From Mytilus edulis (Eukaryota), in assembly GCF_963676685.1 (NCBI RefSeq), contig NC_092352.1, positions 76,012,001 through 76,076,000 on the forward strand: a DNA stretch of 64,000 nucleotides. Reading direction: 5' to 3'. Shown in pieces: positions 1 through 12,654 of the stretch. Under the pieces are notes generated by a model, which was not told the origin of the DNA, did not search any database, and saw nothing but the letters and a program-made list of their open reading frames with translations. Made by a program: the position numbers and the translations under genes. Numbering within the stretch: position 1 is the stretch's first letter; every line of letters begins with the position of its first letter.

Positions 1-348
1 TATTAAAAAGTTTTGACGAAAATCATAGTTTAGTGGTTACAATAAATGAAATATGTTACGCGGGACAACCTAAAAATTGCCGGTTTTTTTTTAAATGAAG
101 CTTGTCGCATGCAGCATAAAACATAGTTTCAACAATTATTTTTTTCGTTTTCATTTTAAAAATCGTTATTTTTTAAAATACGTACAATAGCAATGAATAT
201 GATATCACAAAATTACATATTTTGGACTTGCATCTTGCCAACTACACCGAATTTCCAATGAGGTACGAACATCGCGCGTAACGTCAATTATTAATATGTA
301 CTATGCCATCGGTACACTTAATTTTGAACAAATAAGATAGTTAGTATT

Positions 349-630
349 AACCCCGCCGCATTTTTGCGCCTGTCCCAAGTCAGGAGCCTCTGGCCTTTGT
401 TAGTCTTGTATTATTTTAATTTTAGTTTCTTGTGTACAATTTGGAAATTAGTATGGCGTTCATTATCACTGGACTAGTATATATTTGTTTAGGGGCCAGC
501 TGAAGGACGCCTCCGGGTGCGGGAATTTCTCGCTACATTGAAGACCTGTTGGTGACCCTCTGCTGTTGTTTTTTATTTGGGCGGGTTGTTGTCTCTTTGA
601 CACATTCCCCATTTCCATTCTCAATTTTAT
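349..630 (+). mobile_element. Dispersed repeat family A starting with the 3' half of a twister ribozyme
   Basis: TT/AA-CCCC-GC-CGCAttttTGCG-CCTG-TCCCAAGT-CAGG at 347-384. Ends ...ctcaattttat. Partial copies with the same end at 5323-5561 (+), 26961-27090 (-) and 49843-49915 (-). Confidence 0.75.
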
Positions 631-1863
631 GCTAGAGTTATCTCTCTTTCTTCCTGGTTGTATCCAGGTGGTGTCCTACACGTTAAAATTGTACAGTAGC
701 TTCATTCATCAAATTCTCCGTTATAGCTCCATTAATTTAATATAATAGTAGAATTTACATTTCTATTTTCTAATTTCAGAAATTAAGATGAGGAGTATAC
801 GGCAATGAGACAGCAACCAGCATCACACATAGCCAAAAGACGTCAGAGGTCAACATGCAGTCTTTAACATAAGATATATTTGTATTACAGCAATCAAGTT
901 TTTAATCGCCAGTATTCAATAAGTTATGAATGAATTAATTATATCTTTCATTTAGGACTAGTATCTATTAAATTAACAAGTTCTAAATCGCCCGTGTTTT
1001 AAAAAGTTGTGAATAAATTATGCTGTGAAGGAATAGTTATCGTGCATAGAGATTTGATTTATAAGACATTTCCACGAGAAACCTTCAATCATTGATAGAT
1101 TAAAGCCGACAAATTCTGAAGTTTTAAAAGGTTTCTGATATTTCAGATTAAAACAGATAATATTTGTTCTCTTGCAAAATGCATATTTTTGGAACAGTTT
1201 TGAAATACAAAAGATTTTTTTATGATTTAAATCATCAATTTGATCCATCACACAATAAAACTAACCACTAAGATTCATAACAAGCCATAATATACTAAAT
1301 TATTCTCGTCTTACGAAATTTTGATTGAAAACGGTTACCGGACTTTTATTGATCTGAGAAGTCAAATTCACAATTTTTTAATTATTTCTCTTTATTTATA
1401 TAATAACTAAAGGGTATTTATTTTTAACAAACCATTAACAATCAGTTGTCAATATATATTATATATTTATACGATAGGATTATATAGTGTGTACTAATTA
1501 TTACATATATATTCTCCGCAACAACGTTTAGAGGGATTGGGATGTGTGTCAATGCAAAATCACTGGAACCAAAGCTGAACACATAAACAACAAAAATAAT
1601 GATATTTAAATTTGATATAAATTTGTCACCATTGTATATGTTTGATATGATTTCATTATTTAAACACAAAACTACCTCTTTTCTAAACATTCTATCTTCG
1701 TAATTCATTCATTGCATAAATATCATAATTCCCGAATTCTCGTCAAGTCTCGGAGAACACAATCCTTATCACTGTTGATATTATATGTAATTTTAATCCA
1801 CCATGAATAACTCTCTGTCGTTTCCATCGTTCTTAAAATTAATAAAACTAATAAATCATTACA

Positions 1864-2453
1864 TTATACTGGTGTGGTACGTCTTAATATTTGATCAGGA
1901 GGAGGTGGAGGCATAGGTAAATGGTCATGGTGGTCACGTGGTAAATGGTCATGGTGGTCACGTGGTAAATGGTCGTGGTGGTCACGTGGTAAATGTGTGT
2001 CTACAGTTGTCGAAATAGTGTTTCTTGAACATTCTCTAGGAAATGTATAATTTGATAGCTCGTGTGACGTTGTATCTGATATAGGCGTGTACGTATAATA
2101 ACTTTCGGATCTACTCATTGACGCATCTCGCGAACGCTCGCGAGAATGTGATCTATCTCGATTTTGATTAGGTGCGCGTCTATGACGCCATCTATTTCCT
2201 TTATCATTGCATTCTACTTTCAACATCTGTTGCATTTTCTTTCGTTGTGAGTGTTTATATCTAGTTATATATAAATATACTGAAAATACACCTGCTAGTT
2301 CAGTCAAACCAAACGAACACACTGCCATCATGAATGATGATCCGTATTTATAGATAAACTTTTTATCTTCCATTGGGTTTTGAGGCCCTTTATTCCCTAC
2401 TTCTTCTGTTATACTGCCTATATAAAGAATAATTCCTACTAGTGTGCAGAGTC
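1864..2453 (-). CDS. CACNG: Last coding exon of a stargazin/TARP-like voltage-dependent calcium channel gamma subunit (TM3, TM4, cytoplasmic tail)
   Basis: Acceptor ttttcag|GA at 2454/2453 (phase 1). Translation GLCTLVGIILYIGSITEEV...YKYGSSF...FGLTELAGVFSVYLYI, then an RS-rich segment and C-terminal RRTTPV-stop (TAA 1864-1866), typical of TARPs. Exon length 590 = 2+196x3, in frame with the upstream exon. Family-level symbol only. Confidence 0.95.
1916..1995 (-). repeat. In-frame 24-bp coding tandem repeat, (HLPRDHHD)x3 + HLP
   Basis: ggtaaatggtc(a/g)tggtggtcacgt three times from 1916, inside the last exon. Confidence 0.95.
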
Positions 2454-2899
2454 CTGAAAAAAGAGTTAAATTTTGTTTATCAAAATAGCCCATACATACA
2501 GTGCTCACTCAAATTTGGTCGTCCTTCCTCTACAAATTGTCTTTGACTGAATAATCATTTAAGACCTTAAACTTATAGTATCCCAATACTCTAGTGAACT
2601 AATCTGAATACAATACATATATGTAGGTACATTTTATTCACCATATAGACTAAGGTTTTGAAATCGTCAAAGTGAACACAGGTAACAACAGATTCTGTTA
2701 AACATCGCATTTTTATTTCCAGTTCTTTTTATCAAGTTTGACGGTAGACAACCACGATTTATACGTTTATTACAATCAAACAAAGTCAGTATACGGATAT
2801 GTAGAGTGCACAATAAATTGTATACAACAACTGAGTCTTATGTGCCTTGTGTGAAAGTATTTCATTGTAGAGTCAAGTTCAGATCACTGTGATACATAT

Positions 2900-3250
2900 C
2901 ATGTGCCACTCTCAAATCAATACATATTCCACTTTCAACTTAAAACCATGAGCTACGCTCCATTTGATATCACGAGCCACCATCCACTCAAAAAATATAT
3001 ATGCAACTCTTCACTTCGAATCATGTACTACCCTCCACCTGATATCCAGCGCCCCCCCCCCCCCCCCCCCCATGTGCCACTCTTCACTCAATAGCTTGTA
3101 CCCTCATGCACTATATACATGTGCATTTCTTCACTTAATATCACATGCCACACTTCAATCAATATCTTATGCAACCCTTCACTCCTTAAATGCTCCACCT
3201 TCCACCCATATAATGTGCCATCCTCCACTCAATATATATTCAATCCTCCT
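2900..3250. repeat. Degenerate ~30-bp minisatellite with poly-C tract
   Basis: Recurring atatcatgtgccaccctccact-like units; C run at about 3052-3071. Confidence 0.55.
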
Positions 3251-4109
3251 TCAATATCGTACTTTAATGAAATAATAAAATCTTAAAGGCGTAAAACGAA
3301 CACCAAACCCAAACAAATTATTCTTTATTAAAATCGGTTAATTGTTCTATTGTCGCATTGATGTTTATCCATATTATTCCGTTCATTTCTACGTTTAAAG
3401 CTTTTTTCTTCTTGTATTTGTATTGTTTTGTTTTTATTTTTCATTTCGACCAGCGAATCCTTCAGTAATTCCGCTCAAACGCAATTACGTTTCTTTATGT
3501 GATAGAATGATTGTTTTTGTTATTTATCATTTATTGGTTTACTAGTTGCATTGTCAATGGATAAACAGCATTCACAGGCATGTCAGATTTCATCATTCTA
3601 AGAAACAATAGACTTAAAATGAGAATTGCTAAATAATGCTCATCCCATTTATGTAAAGATCGGTGGGATTGGTAACTGTTTTTAAAAAGGAAAAAGTAGA
3701 AACATTTATCATTGGAACACAAAAATAACCATTTCAGTATAGTCATACCCAACGACAGTGACAAATAATGATAACCTATTTCTCAACTAGCGATAATTTT
3801 AACTCGTCTTATTGCATTGGATTAATATCGATTTACTTATTTATCGTTACATACAGTAAATAACTTTAAATCTCTTAATTTCTGAATTGGAATTCTGAAC
3901 ATCAAGAGCTATATGGTCGAACTCTCTTGTATTATGTTCATGCCATCAGTCGTTCATAGTACAAAATGTGTGCCCGAAATACCAAATTTTGAGTCGAGTA
4001 CGAAAGTGGTACTTCAAATGTTTATGACCGCAATGCTAGAAGTTTACATGAATATCCGAAGTCAGGATTCTCGTCATCTAATTAACTTTAATAATCAGCC
4101 ATTTAGGAA

Positions 4110-4440
4110 AAAAGTAAAATCACAAAAATACTGAACTCCGTGGAAAATTCAAAACGGAAAGTCCCTAATTAAATGGCAAAATCAAAAAATAAAACATATC
4201 AAACGAATGGACAACAACTATCATATTCCTGACTTGTTACAGGCATTTTCTTATGTAGAAAATGGTACCGGTGGATTGAACCTGGTTTTATAGCGCTAAA
4301 CCGCTCACTTGTATGACAGTCGCATCACATTCCATTATATTGACAACGATGCGTGAATAAAACAGACTTGATACGTAAAATTGTCAAAATAGGGGAACAA
4401 CAGTCATCACCGTGTCACAATCTCAATCAGACAAAATAAA
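4110..4440 (-). mobile_element. Dispersed repeat family B copy (degenerate twister)
   Basis: Homologous to 6100-6486, 11200-11690, 14035-14530, 21430-21760, 42019-42320 and 47635-47900. Twister at 4217-4320 has GA>GC, an L4 change and a 6-nt insertion. Confidence 0.8.
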
Positions 4441-4527
4441 GTAAGTGCTAATGGCAAATCATCATAAGAATCCATTTTCTTCATTCAAACTTTGTGAATT
4501 TCAGTTTTTGAGAATCAATCTTCACAT

Positions 4528-5010
4528 AGCACCTATATACGGAATAAATACATATATAACCCATTTGAAATAACTACATAGTTTGTATTTCCTATCAGTA
4601 TTGCTTTAATACAGATTCGTTGCTTACAGGGAAGCTACTGAACCAAGGATTTCTTATAGGTAAATTCAAAATATTTTGAAAAGGTTAACGCAAGTCATCA
4701 TGATCTGGGTGGTCGTACGGGAATATATAGGCCATATGTGGACCACTTGGTTTATAATCCTATCCTATTACGTGTCAGATTTTAATAATCTGCCATCATT
4801 ACCGAACTGAACAAAGAAATAATACGACGGGTGCCGTATACGGTGCAGGAAATGCTTACCCGTCCGGAGCACCTGATTTCACTCCCGGTTTTTAGTGGAG
4901 TTCGTGTTGTTTCTTAATTTTTTATTTTATAACTGTTGATGTAAATGTCCTTTGGTTTTGTGAGTCTTTGTTTACTCCTTGGTTTTGATTGTTATTGTCT
5001 TTTATTTGTA
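4528..5010 (+). mobile_element. Decayed Penelope-like element: RT C-terminal remnant plus downstream non-coding part
   Basis: Frameshifted translation APIYGI...CISYQYCFNTDSLLTGKLLNQGFLIGKFK resembles the PLE RT C-terminal motif APAYG.YISQL.RY..AC...DF..R..LLT.KLL.QG. Recognised from memory, not searched. Confidence 0.55.
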
Positions 5011-6099
5011 TTAACAAATACGACGGATTCTTCAAGTGAAAAAAATGTAGCTACCAAGCGCGGATTCAGGCTAATGACAGCAAATTGTGTGTTACAATGC
5101 GGTTTTCGTATTCATTATACTCTGTAACGCCCCTAATATTAAATCCCTGACCCGCGCCTGGTTACATTTTCTTCAAGAATACATAAGTTCGATATTAGAA
5201 TTAGGTTGGTCTCACGCTATTCTGTCCTACGAGTAGTGATTTTTTTGTTTTTTATTTGTTTTTCATTTGACCTTACTATTGCCTATCCTTCAACAACATG
5301 AGTTTTAATGTCCCAATGCATTGCCTTTGTTAGTCTTGTATGATTTTTAATTTTAGTTTTTGTGTATAATTCGGAGTTTAGTATGACATCCATTATCACT
5401 GTACTAGTATACATTTTTTTAAAGGGGCCAGCTGAAAAACGCCTCTGGGTGCGGGAGTTTCTCGCTACATTGAAGACTCGTTGGTGACATTCGGCTGTTG
5501 TGTACTCTATAGTCGGGTTGTTGTCGCTTTGACACATTCCCCGTTTCCTTTCTCAATTTTATTCTCTGATATCTTGTTTGTCTGCCCTTCCAAAGATTTA
5601 GAGATTTGAATATGAAACAATAAGTACACCTTCCTGTTATTATATATATATATATTTTTTATATTTTTAAATAGTTTCTTAAACAATTTTTTTTATATCA
5701 TAGTAGATGCAACAATTTATTTATGCCCAAAGTATCTGTAGTGTTGTAGATTTGCATTATACGTTCTCTTGACTTCTTGCATATAATTTTTGTTACGATA
5801 ATGCAATCCCTGTTTACTTTCATCATGAGTAGTCCAATACTTTTTACGTTTCTAACTTGCAAGCATTTCAGACTCCATCTCTTCTTTAGAAAATCGTTTC
5901 AGATGCTTTAAATTTCGTGTAAAATATTGCTTTTACAATATAATTAAAAATGAATTGTCATTCATGCTCGCTCATAGTGCTTATTTTAAAAGTTAAAGTT
6001 ACCATTATAGGATGAACAAAAGTAAAATGAAGTCATGTTATTGTTGTTTATTTTTATGGCGGGTGGCATTTCATTGTAAGAGACGCTTGCTAATGTGCT

Positions 6100-6486
6100 T
6101 AGTTTATATGTCTTTTTTTGCTTCTTTGTTACATGTGTGTATGTGTTAGTGGTTAGGATTATAGCACAATGTTGCCTGCTGTATATTTGACACTTTTACC
6201 TATTATGTCTATTTATTTTGTTTACGCATCGTTGTAAATATAATTGAATTTGATGCGACTGTCATTCAAGTGAGAGGTTTAGCTAGCTATAAAACCAGGT
6301 TCAATCCACCAGTTTCTACACAAGAAAATGATGCCTGTACCAAGTTAGGAATATGACAGCTGTTATCAATTCTTTTGCTGTGTTTGAGCTTTTGATTTTG
6401 CCATTTGTTAAGGGACTTTTTATTAGGAACTCCCCGTTTTTTGAATTTTTCCTCGGAGTTCAGTATTTTTTGTGATTTTACTTTTT
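6100..6486 (+). mobile_element. Dispersed repeat family B copy
   Basis: Same sequence as the other B copies; ends ...gtgattttacttttt. Confidence 0.8.
6258..6360 (+). ncRNA. Type P5 twister ribozyme (family B variant)
   Basis: P5 CTGTCAT/ATGACAG; GTGA-GA-GGT; L1 TCAA; TCC-AC; P3 hairpin; P4 CCTG/TAGG; L4 TACCAAGT (T1 ACC/GGT, T2 AC/GT). A 3-nt duplication lies before P4. Confidence 0.65.
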
Positions 6487-6577
6487 ACCCTGTCGATTTA
6501 TCCGTCTATTTCTATTGGTATTCATTAATGAGACTATTACCAAAACTTAGTATTATAACCGTAATAAGTTCACCTAC

Positions 6578-6718
6578 CTGCTAATACAAATAATATTCCA
6601 CATACAAATGTAAGATGTTTTCTCCTTGTGTTACACTGTCCAACGAAACATATCACGATTCCTATTGTTAATATTAATAAACTAGCTAAAGGAAACCATG
6701 TTGATCGTCGCATAGTTA
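6578..6718 (-). CDS. CACNG: Internal exon of TARP-like gene (TM2 and start of TM3)
   Basis: tattttcag|TA...GCAG|gtaggt, 141 bp, phase 1/1. Translates TMRRSTWFPLASLLILTIGIVICFVGQCNTRRKHLTFVCGILFVLAG, matching the TARP pattern R.S..FP..S..L...G...GI.FV.AG. Confidence 0.93.
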
Positions 6719-7257
6719 CTGAAAATATAAAACGCATGATCTCAAATGTATGGCTGACTTTTACAACAAAGTTTAGAAAGGCAAGAGATAAAGAAAACCG
6801 AAATATTTAGGGTCGAATTAAGTAAGTTAAAAAAAAAAAATATTTTGGGCAAAGGACATCCAATGGCCATGATAATCATCCAACAGTAAACATATCTGAA
6901 TTTAAATATACGTTTATATGTATATATCACTCTTATATTCAAGATACTACTGATTACTTAAAAGAAAATGGAAAGCCTAAATCCTTTTCCATGTTTACCT
7001 AACAATACTATAATTGCATTCATGGACGTGTTTTCTTCATATACAAATATCCCACTGGTCGAAGGAATAGCAGCTTGTGAAGAGGAATTGATCAATCGAA
7101 GAGACAAAAGTTCTTCAACTGAGTGCCTTGTTAAACTTCGGAAACTAGTGTTGAAAAAACAAGATCTCTTTAAATGACTAACTACGATTAAACAACAAAT
7201 ACATTTTAATGAAATACAGATGTGTGAACATTTAATAATTGTGTAACGAATACTTAC

Positions 7258-7350
7258 ACAAAATTGCTTGTGTAGGTGCAAGTCCCTCCTTTTCGTCATC
7301 AACAGTAAAATATTTTATATATTCACACTTTAAACTATTTGGACCACTCC
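7258..7350 (-). CDS. CACNG: Internal exon of TARP-like gene (second half of extracellular loop 1)
   Basis: tacttttcag|GG...TTGT|gtaagt, 93 bp, phase 1/1. Translates SGPNSLKCEYIKYFTVDDEKEGLAPTQAIL, including the conserved C.xI.YF motif. T|TA joins in frame to the next exon. Confidence 0.88.
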
Positions 7351-7839
7351 CTGAAAAGTAAAATATATAATGAATTCTGATTCTCGAGAAAATTTGGAAA
7401 TTCTAAAGAGTATTTTAATAATTTTTATGTCACTCAATCATTGTTTTACAAATGCCTGAAAGATGGAAGATTGAAAATAACAAAGATTTCCATAACTCAT
7501 TTGCATGTTACAACCATATCAGGAACACAAGGAGGGCGAATGTTGGAGGATCAAATGTATAATGTGTAAATTTTAAACTATTTGTTTTGGTTGTTTTGTT
7601 TTGCAAACTAATTAAGAGAAAAACAGTTTAAAAACACTTAAGATTCGTGTCTCATAGTTTGTTAAATTTTCGATGTTAAAATGGTTAAAATAAATCGCTT
7701 CAATTTGCAAAACGTAGATAACACGAATATGATTTCCAATCGCAGTCCACGTGTTTCTGAGATCTTTAAAAACTTAACATAACGTTTGGAAGATGGACTT
7801 TAAATTGTTCGACATGAAAGTTGAAATTCTGCATTGGTA

Positions 7840-7893
7840 ATTGATAGTTCTAAGACATGTAGTCATTGATAGTTCTAAGACATGTAGTCATTG
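7840..7893. repeat. 25-bp tandem duplication
   Basis: attgatagttctaagacatgtagtc x2. Confidence 0.8.
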
Positions 7894-8827
7894 ACAGTTG
7901 CACATGCTTATCTGAACTCTCAAGGATTCTATTTATTGTTTTTGTTTAAATATTCATACGTGTATCATGTCCTGTGATCTTATCCTCCTTAATATTGTAA
8001 TGATCTTTATCCAGTCACAATAATGTTGTTTTACGTTAGTCCTTAATATCAGAATAAATATGAACAAACAATATCTATCTAAAACTATTGGTCAACGTTA
8101 ATGCTCTCTGTGTATCACATTTGCATATTAGCTTAATTCTGACGTGATTTCACCAAGATGACCATTTAGTTAATGTCCAAACTAAGTGAAGGCAACCATT
8201 TTGATACATTAACTATCAACTTAGGTCGATATATCAATGTGTTTAAAAAAAACCTATGCTGTCACTTGTTATATTAAGTCTAGACAGAGAGATGTTGCTC
8301 AAAAATGTTTAGATACATTTTATAGACACAATTTTATAATGGGAAACAATTAATTACAGGGAGAAACCCTGGGAAAACTCGGAAGAAGTTTCATATTCAT
8401 ATTCAAGAACGAAGTTCATTTTAAATCCACGTTTTCACCATTAATGATCTATTACACTGGGTTTTGCTAACAAAGAGCATAACAAATATAAACAATGGCT
8501 TTTTCGTTTTTTAAAACGACAGAGTGCATACGTTGATTCAGGATTTTAAAAACAAAGATTCTTAATGTGTTGTAATCTTAACCCTTTTCCGACGTCTTTC
8601 TATTCAATAGTGTTCACTAAATTGAGATGAAATCAATTAAAAAAATTTTGCTTTAGCTTAAGTCATACACACGAAAAGCTAACACATTAACCAACAAAAG
8701 GATACCACACTTATGGTTTGACAATAAAACTGTTGATTTGCTATATTTTGAAGAGCACACCCTCTTATCCGCTATCGAGCACACCTTATTACCAGTTATC
8801 ACTACGCTAGATACAATAAGATACACA

Positions 8828-9310
8828 AAAGAAGAAGTGGTATGATTTCCAACTAGACAACTCTCAACAAGAGACCAAATAACGCAATGATTAATAACCT
8901 TAGATCTCCGTACGGCCTCCAACTATGAGCAAAGCCTATGCCTCCTAGTCAGCTATAAAAGGCTCCGAAATGACAATGTAAAACAATTCAAACGAGAAAA
9001 TTAACGTCAAATATTTATGTACAAAAAATAAAAACAAATATGTTACACATCAACTAACAACAACCACTGGTTTACAGGCTCCTGACTTGGGACCGACACA
9101 TACATATAGTATGTGGCGGGGTTAAACATGTTAGTGGAAACCCAACCCTCAGTAACCTGGGACAGTGGTGTATCAACACAATATAAGAACGAACTATACA
9201 AAAATATTGAAAAAGGCTTAACTCATCAGATGGACAGAAATAATAATACATCTAACAAAAACAGAGTTGATGTGTCCGGGTACTTGCATATCCCAACAAC
9301 AGAAAGACAC
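8828..9310 (-). mobile_element. Dispersed repeat family C' copy with degenerate twister (9063-9169)
   Basis: Minus strand ACCACTG..CAGG..GA-GGG...TTAA-CCCC-GC-CACATAC/GTATGTG-TCGG-TCCCAAGT-CAGG..CCTG..CAGTGGT; P2' and P4 damaged. Related copies at 19960-20102, 61628-61800 and 63060-63355. Confidence 0.7.
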
Positions 9311-10590
9311 TCATTACTGATGTCTGTTTCCAACTGTTATACGAAGCACACCCTTTTACCGGATGTCGAAGACACCTTATTTCCGGTTATCACTACGATA
9401 GATACATTACAATAAGATGTCTGTTCCCATGCAATTGTCAGTCATATGAAGTTTTTTCTGCCATAGTATACTGCAGATATTTGTCGGTCGGTCGTATTGC
9501 AAAAATGAAAATTTCATTCATGAAAAAAATCCTGTCTTCTATTGTATTGACTCAATACATGAAAAATTTCTGCTCAGTCTCACTTAATTAACATCATCTA
9601 TAATGAACTGATTTTAAAAAAAATGATTTCCCTAAAATAACATCGTCTTGAAATGAGATATGCGATACGACACGATAGAACGAAGGTATCCAATTAGTGA
9701 TTGTGACAGGCGAAATCATAAAGTAAGTGATTGTGGCAGGCTCACGGAATATGTGTTCATATTTAAATGGTCAAGTGTTTACTTTTTAAAGTAATACATG
9801 CGTTTTCTTCTTCGTTACAATAATTTTTAATTAGATTCTATTTCCTAGTAAAATAACACGTTCATGACTTTTTACCTATTTTTTTGTGGTACCGTTAAAC
9901 ACTGTGTTTAGAAATAATTCATCAATCAAATTCCTTTGTACGTATAATAATATATCAATAATAACACACGAACCTCGACACAGAATCCTAATCAGTGTTA
10001 TTACTTTAATTACGTTTTTCAGACTAGTTAATGTCAAACAAGGTTTCAATTAATATCTTACGGTACTGAGGACAGAGGCACTTACAGCAGGGGGGAATTG
10101 TAAGAACCGAATGAGCCTGTTAATAGTAAAATATCCTTAAATGGCCTAACCTTGAAAGTATCATCTGGATCTTGAATGTTTTAATATTTGACATACATAC
10201 ATGTAAAGCAAATTTTCTAAAGTTCATTAATGTCTGAACATATTTGTATGTAATATGGAGTTTTAAATGTCAAACAAAAGTTATATAAATGAGATTTTTT
10301 CATGTGTTTGTGTTTGCTACTTAGCTTTATTCCATCAATTCCCATTCAATAAATGTCAAAGTTGTCAACATGACATGATCGGTCTCAATAGTTTTATACG
10401 TATCAAGTTATTCCTTGTAAATATCAAAAGTTATAATCTAAGGGAACATCTGATTCACGTTTCGTAATATACATATATATATATACTGTCAAAAGTCGAT
10501 TTAATGATAACTGAAAGTAAACATGAACAGAACAATATAAGATATTAAACAAAAATTGAAATAAAACAAATTTGACCAGTTGTCCTAGTG

Positions 10591-10699
10591 TACTTTACCC
10601 GAATAATGTCAGTCGTTATATTACGCCGATCTCGTTCTAATCAACGATTGCTACAAAGGCTACAGGCCAATGCAGGAGGCAGAATTATTTGATTTAAGT
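10591..10699. mobile_element. Short TIR-bounded repeat, second copy at 30315-30439
   Basis: Shared tact(t)acccgaataa..gtca.tcgttatatt.cgccgatc...acgattgctac. In the 30.3-kb copy the ends cttaacccgaataa/ttattcgagttaag are 13/14 inverted. Confidence 0.55.
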
Positions 10700-11199
10700 G
10701 TACCTTAGTTTAAACATTTTTATGATGAGAAATAACACAATCTTTAAAATTAAACAGTTTTGTTAAGATGAGAAAGAAGTGAACTTTCACTTTTACATAA
10801 TCCCTCTCATTGTTTGCCTTCGAGATGATACTAAGCAAAAGGACTACTTGATGGCATGGAAGGGTATTATTTTTGTACAGTAGGAATTGCATTTGAAGGA
10901 GCATTTTATTAAAACCTCTACTACAAGTAATACTTATACATGGTGTAACTTTAACTAAAAAACTCGATTTTTTTTTATCTTAATAGGGATTTCATGAAAT
11001 TCATAAATACATGCAATCAAACTGCATTTTGTCGATAAAGTCTAATAAATATTTTTTTCCCAGTTTTTATAGACTCCCCCCCCCCTTTGAATTTACATTA
11101 TAGTTCCGTTCTTAGGTTAATATTTTTTTTTCATATTTTACTAATAATTTTGTTTATATTCTACTGCATTATATATATAAGTGTTTTAAGATGAAAACA

Positions 11200-11690
11200 C
11201 TATGTTGACTGCTGTAACCCTATTTTTGACATTTTAACCTATTGTGTCTGTTTGTTTTGTTCACGCATCGTTGTAACTTTAATGGAATTAGATGCGACTG
11301 TCATAAGTGAGAGGTTTAGCTAACTATACATTCACCGGGTTCAATCCACCATTTTCGACATAAGAAAATGCCTGTATCAAGTCAGGAATATGACAGTGGT
11401 TGTCCATTCGTTTGGTGTGTTTGAGTTTTTGATTTTGTCATTTGATTAGGGACTCTCTTTTTTTTTTACGCTTCAAAACCAGGTTTAATCCACCATTTTC
11501 TACATTTGAAAATGCCTGTACCAAGTCAGGAGTATGACAGTTCTTGTCCATTCGTTTTTGATGTGTTTTGTCATTTGATTTTGCCATGATAATATGGACT
11601 TTCCGATTGGATTTCCTCTGAGTTTAGTATTTTTGTGATTTTACTTTTGAATTTTCCTCGGAGCTCAGTATTTTTGTGATTTTACTTTTT
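11200..11690 (+). mobile_element. Family B, tandem partial multimer with twister at 11297-11397 and a 3'-half twister at 11476-11541
   Basis: Two successive aatccaccattttc...cctgta.caagtcagg.atatgacagt cores and a duplicated terminal gattttacttttt. Confidence 0.8.
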
Positions 11691-12654
11691 AATTCATGTA
11701 CAATCTCCTAACTATAGATGAAAACTCATTAAAAGAAAGGAAAAGATAAACAGGTAAGATAAGTAGAACGGCTTCTCAACGTCTTTGGTTTACATGATTG
11801 TCACAAGAAGATTTTATTCCTCATCAGGGCTTTGAATAACATCGATTTAAAAAAACAAATAAAAAGGAAGAGTAAGAACTAAACATCTAATTGCACTTTT
11901 GTTCAACGCGATCTCATAAAGAGTTTATGGACACACGTTATATGCCTTATCGGTTGTTATAACGGGCATTATTCCGCAAGCCCTATACACCCACTTGTTA
12001 TAATATTGTTGGAGAAAATTGCAATGTACAGAAAATAACAATTATATAAGATAAACAATTTGACTGTTGTGAACACTAATCATATAATCTCATTGTACCC
12101 TTGATAGCTTGGATTTACATCGTTACTAGGCTGCATTCCACTGATGACTTGTTGCAAAAGTTCAAAAAATTCTCCCTGGAGAATTAATTATTTCACTAGA
12201 TATGTAACAGCTAATTTTCCTACTAATAACGATAACATTAGAGATTCTAACTCGTTCTAAGAGAAAATATAAAAACACACTTTTGATTTTTGTTTTTGTT
12301 TTCTAGAGCAATGGTGTCAAATCAATAGCTGCTGCTTTCCTAGCTACATTCGATCGCATGTCAGCTGTATCAAGCAAAGGGATAAAACAGAAGTCAAAAT
12401 ACTATATAGTATTTGCAAATATTGTAATCCTTGTTGTTTAATACAATGACAATAATTTTTAAATGTATCTTCAATGACAGTTGATTGGATTTAATTTCCT
12501 ATGGTGGTACATATGCAGTGATAAATATTTACTGTTGTTTAAATCTGAAATCTGATTACAGACAGGGATTCTGTATCGGAGTAGTAGGTCGATTTACATT
12601 CAAGAATAAGTACCAATAAACTTATCATACATACAAGTCTTCATGTTGATTTTT

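Noticed and set aside
2454-2508. N-terminal MSTVCMGYFDKQNLTLFS of ORF 1864..2508
   Set aside because: Intronic read-through upstream of the ttttcag acceptor; the true exon starts at 2453.
2903-3275. Poly-proline ORFs
   Set aside because: They arise from a poly-C tract within a degenerate minisatellite in an intron.
6628-7302. ORFs 6628..6810, 6742..6942, 6958..7302 and 6968..7177
   Set aside because: Antisense, out-of-frame or intronic relative to the supported TARP exons, with no family similarity.
11811-12170. Isolated CTGATGA matches (11821 minus, 12141 plus; also 31291, 31577)
   Set aside because: No stem II plus GAAA and no flanking stem I.
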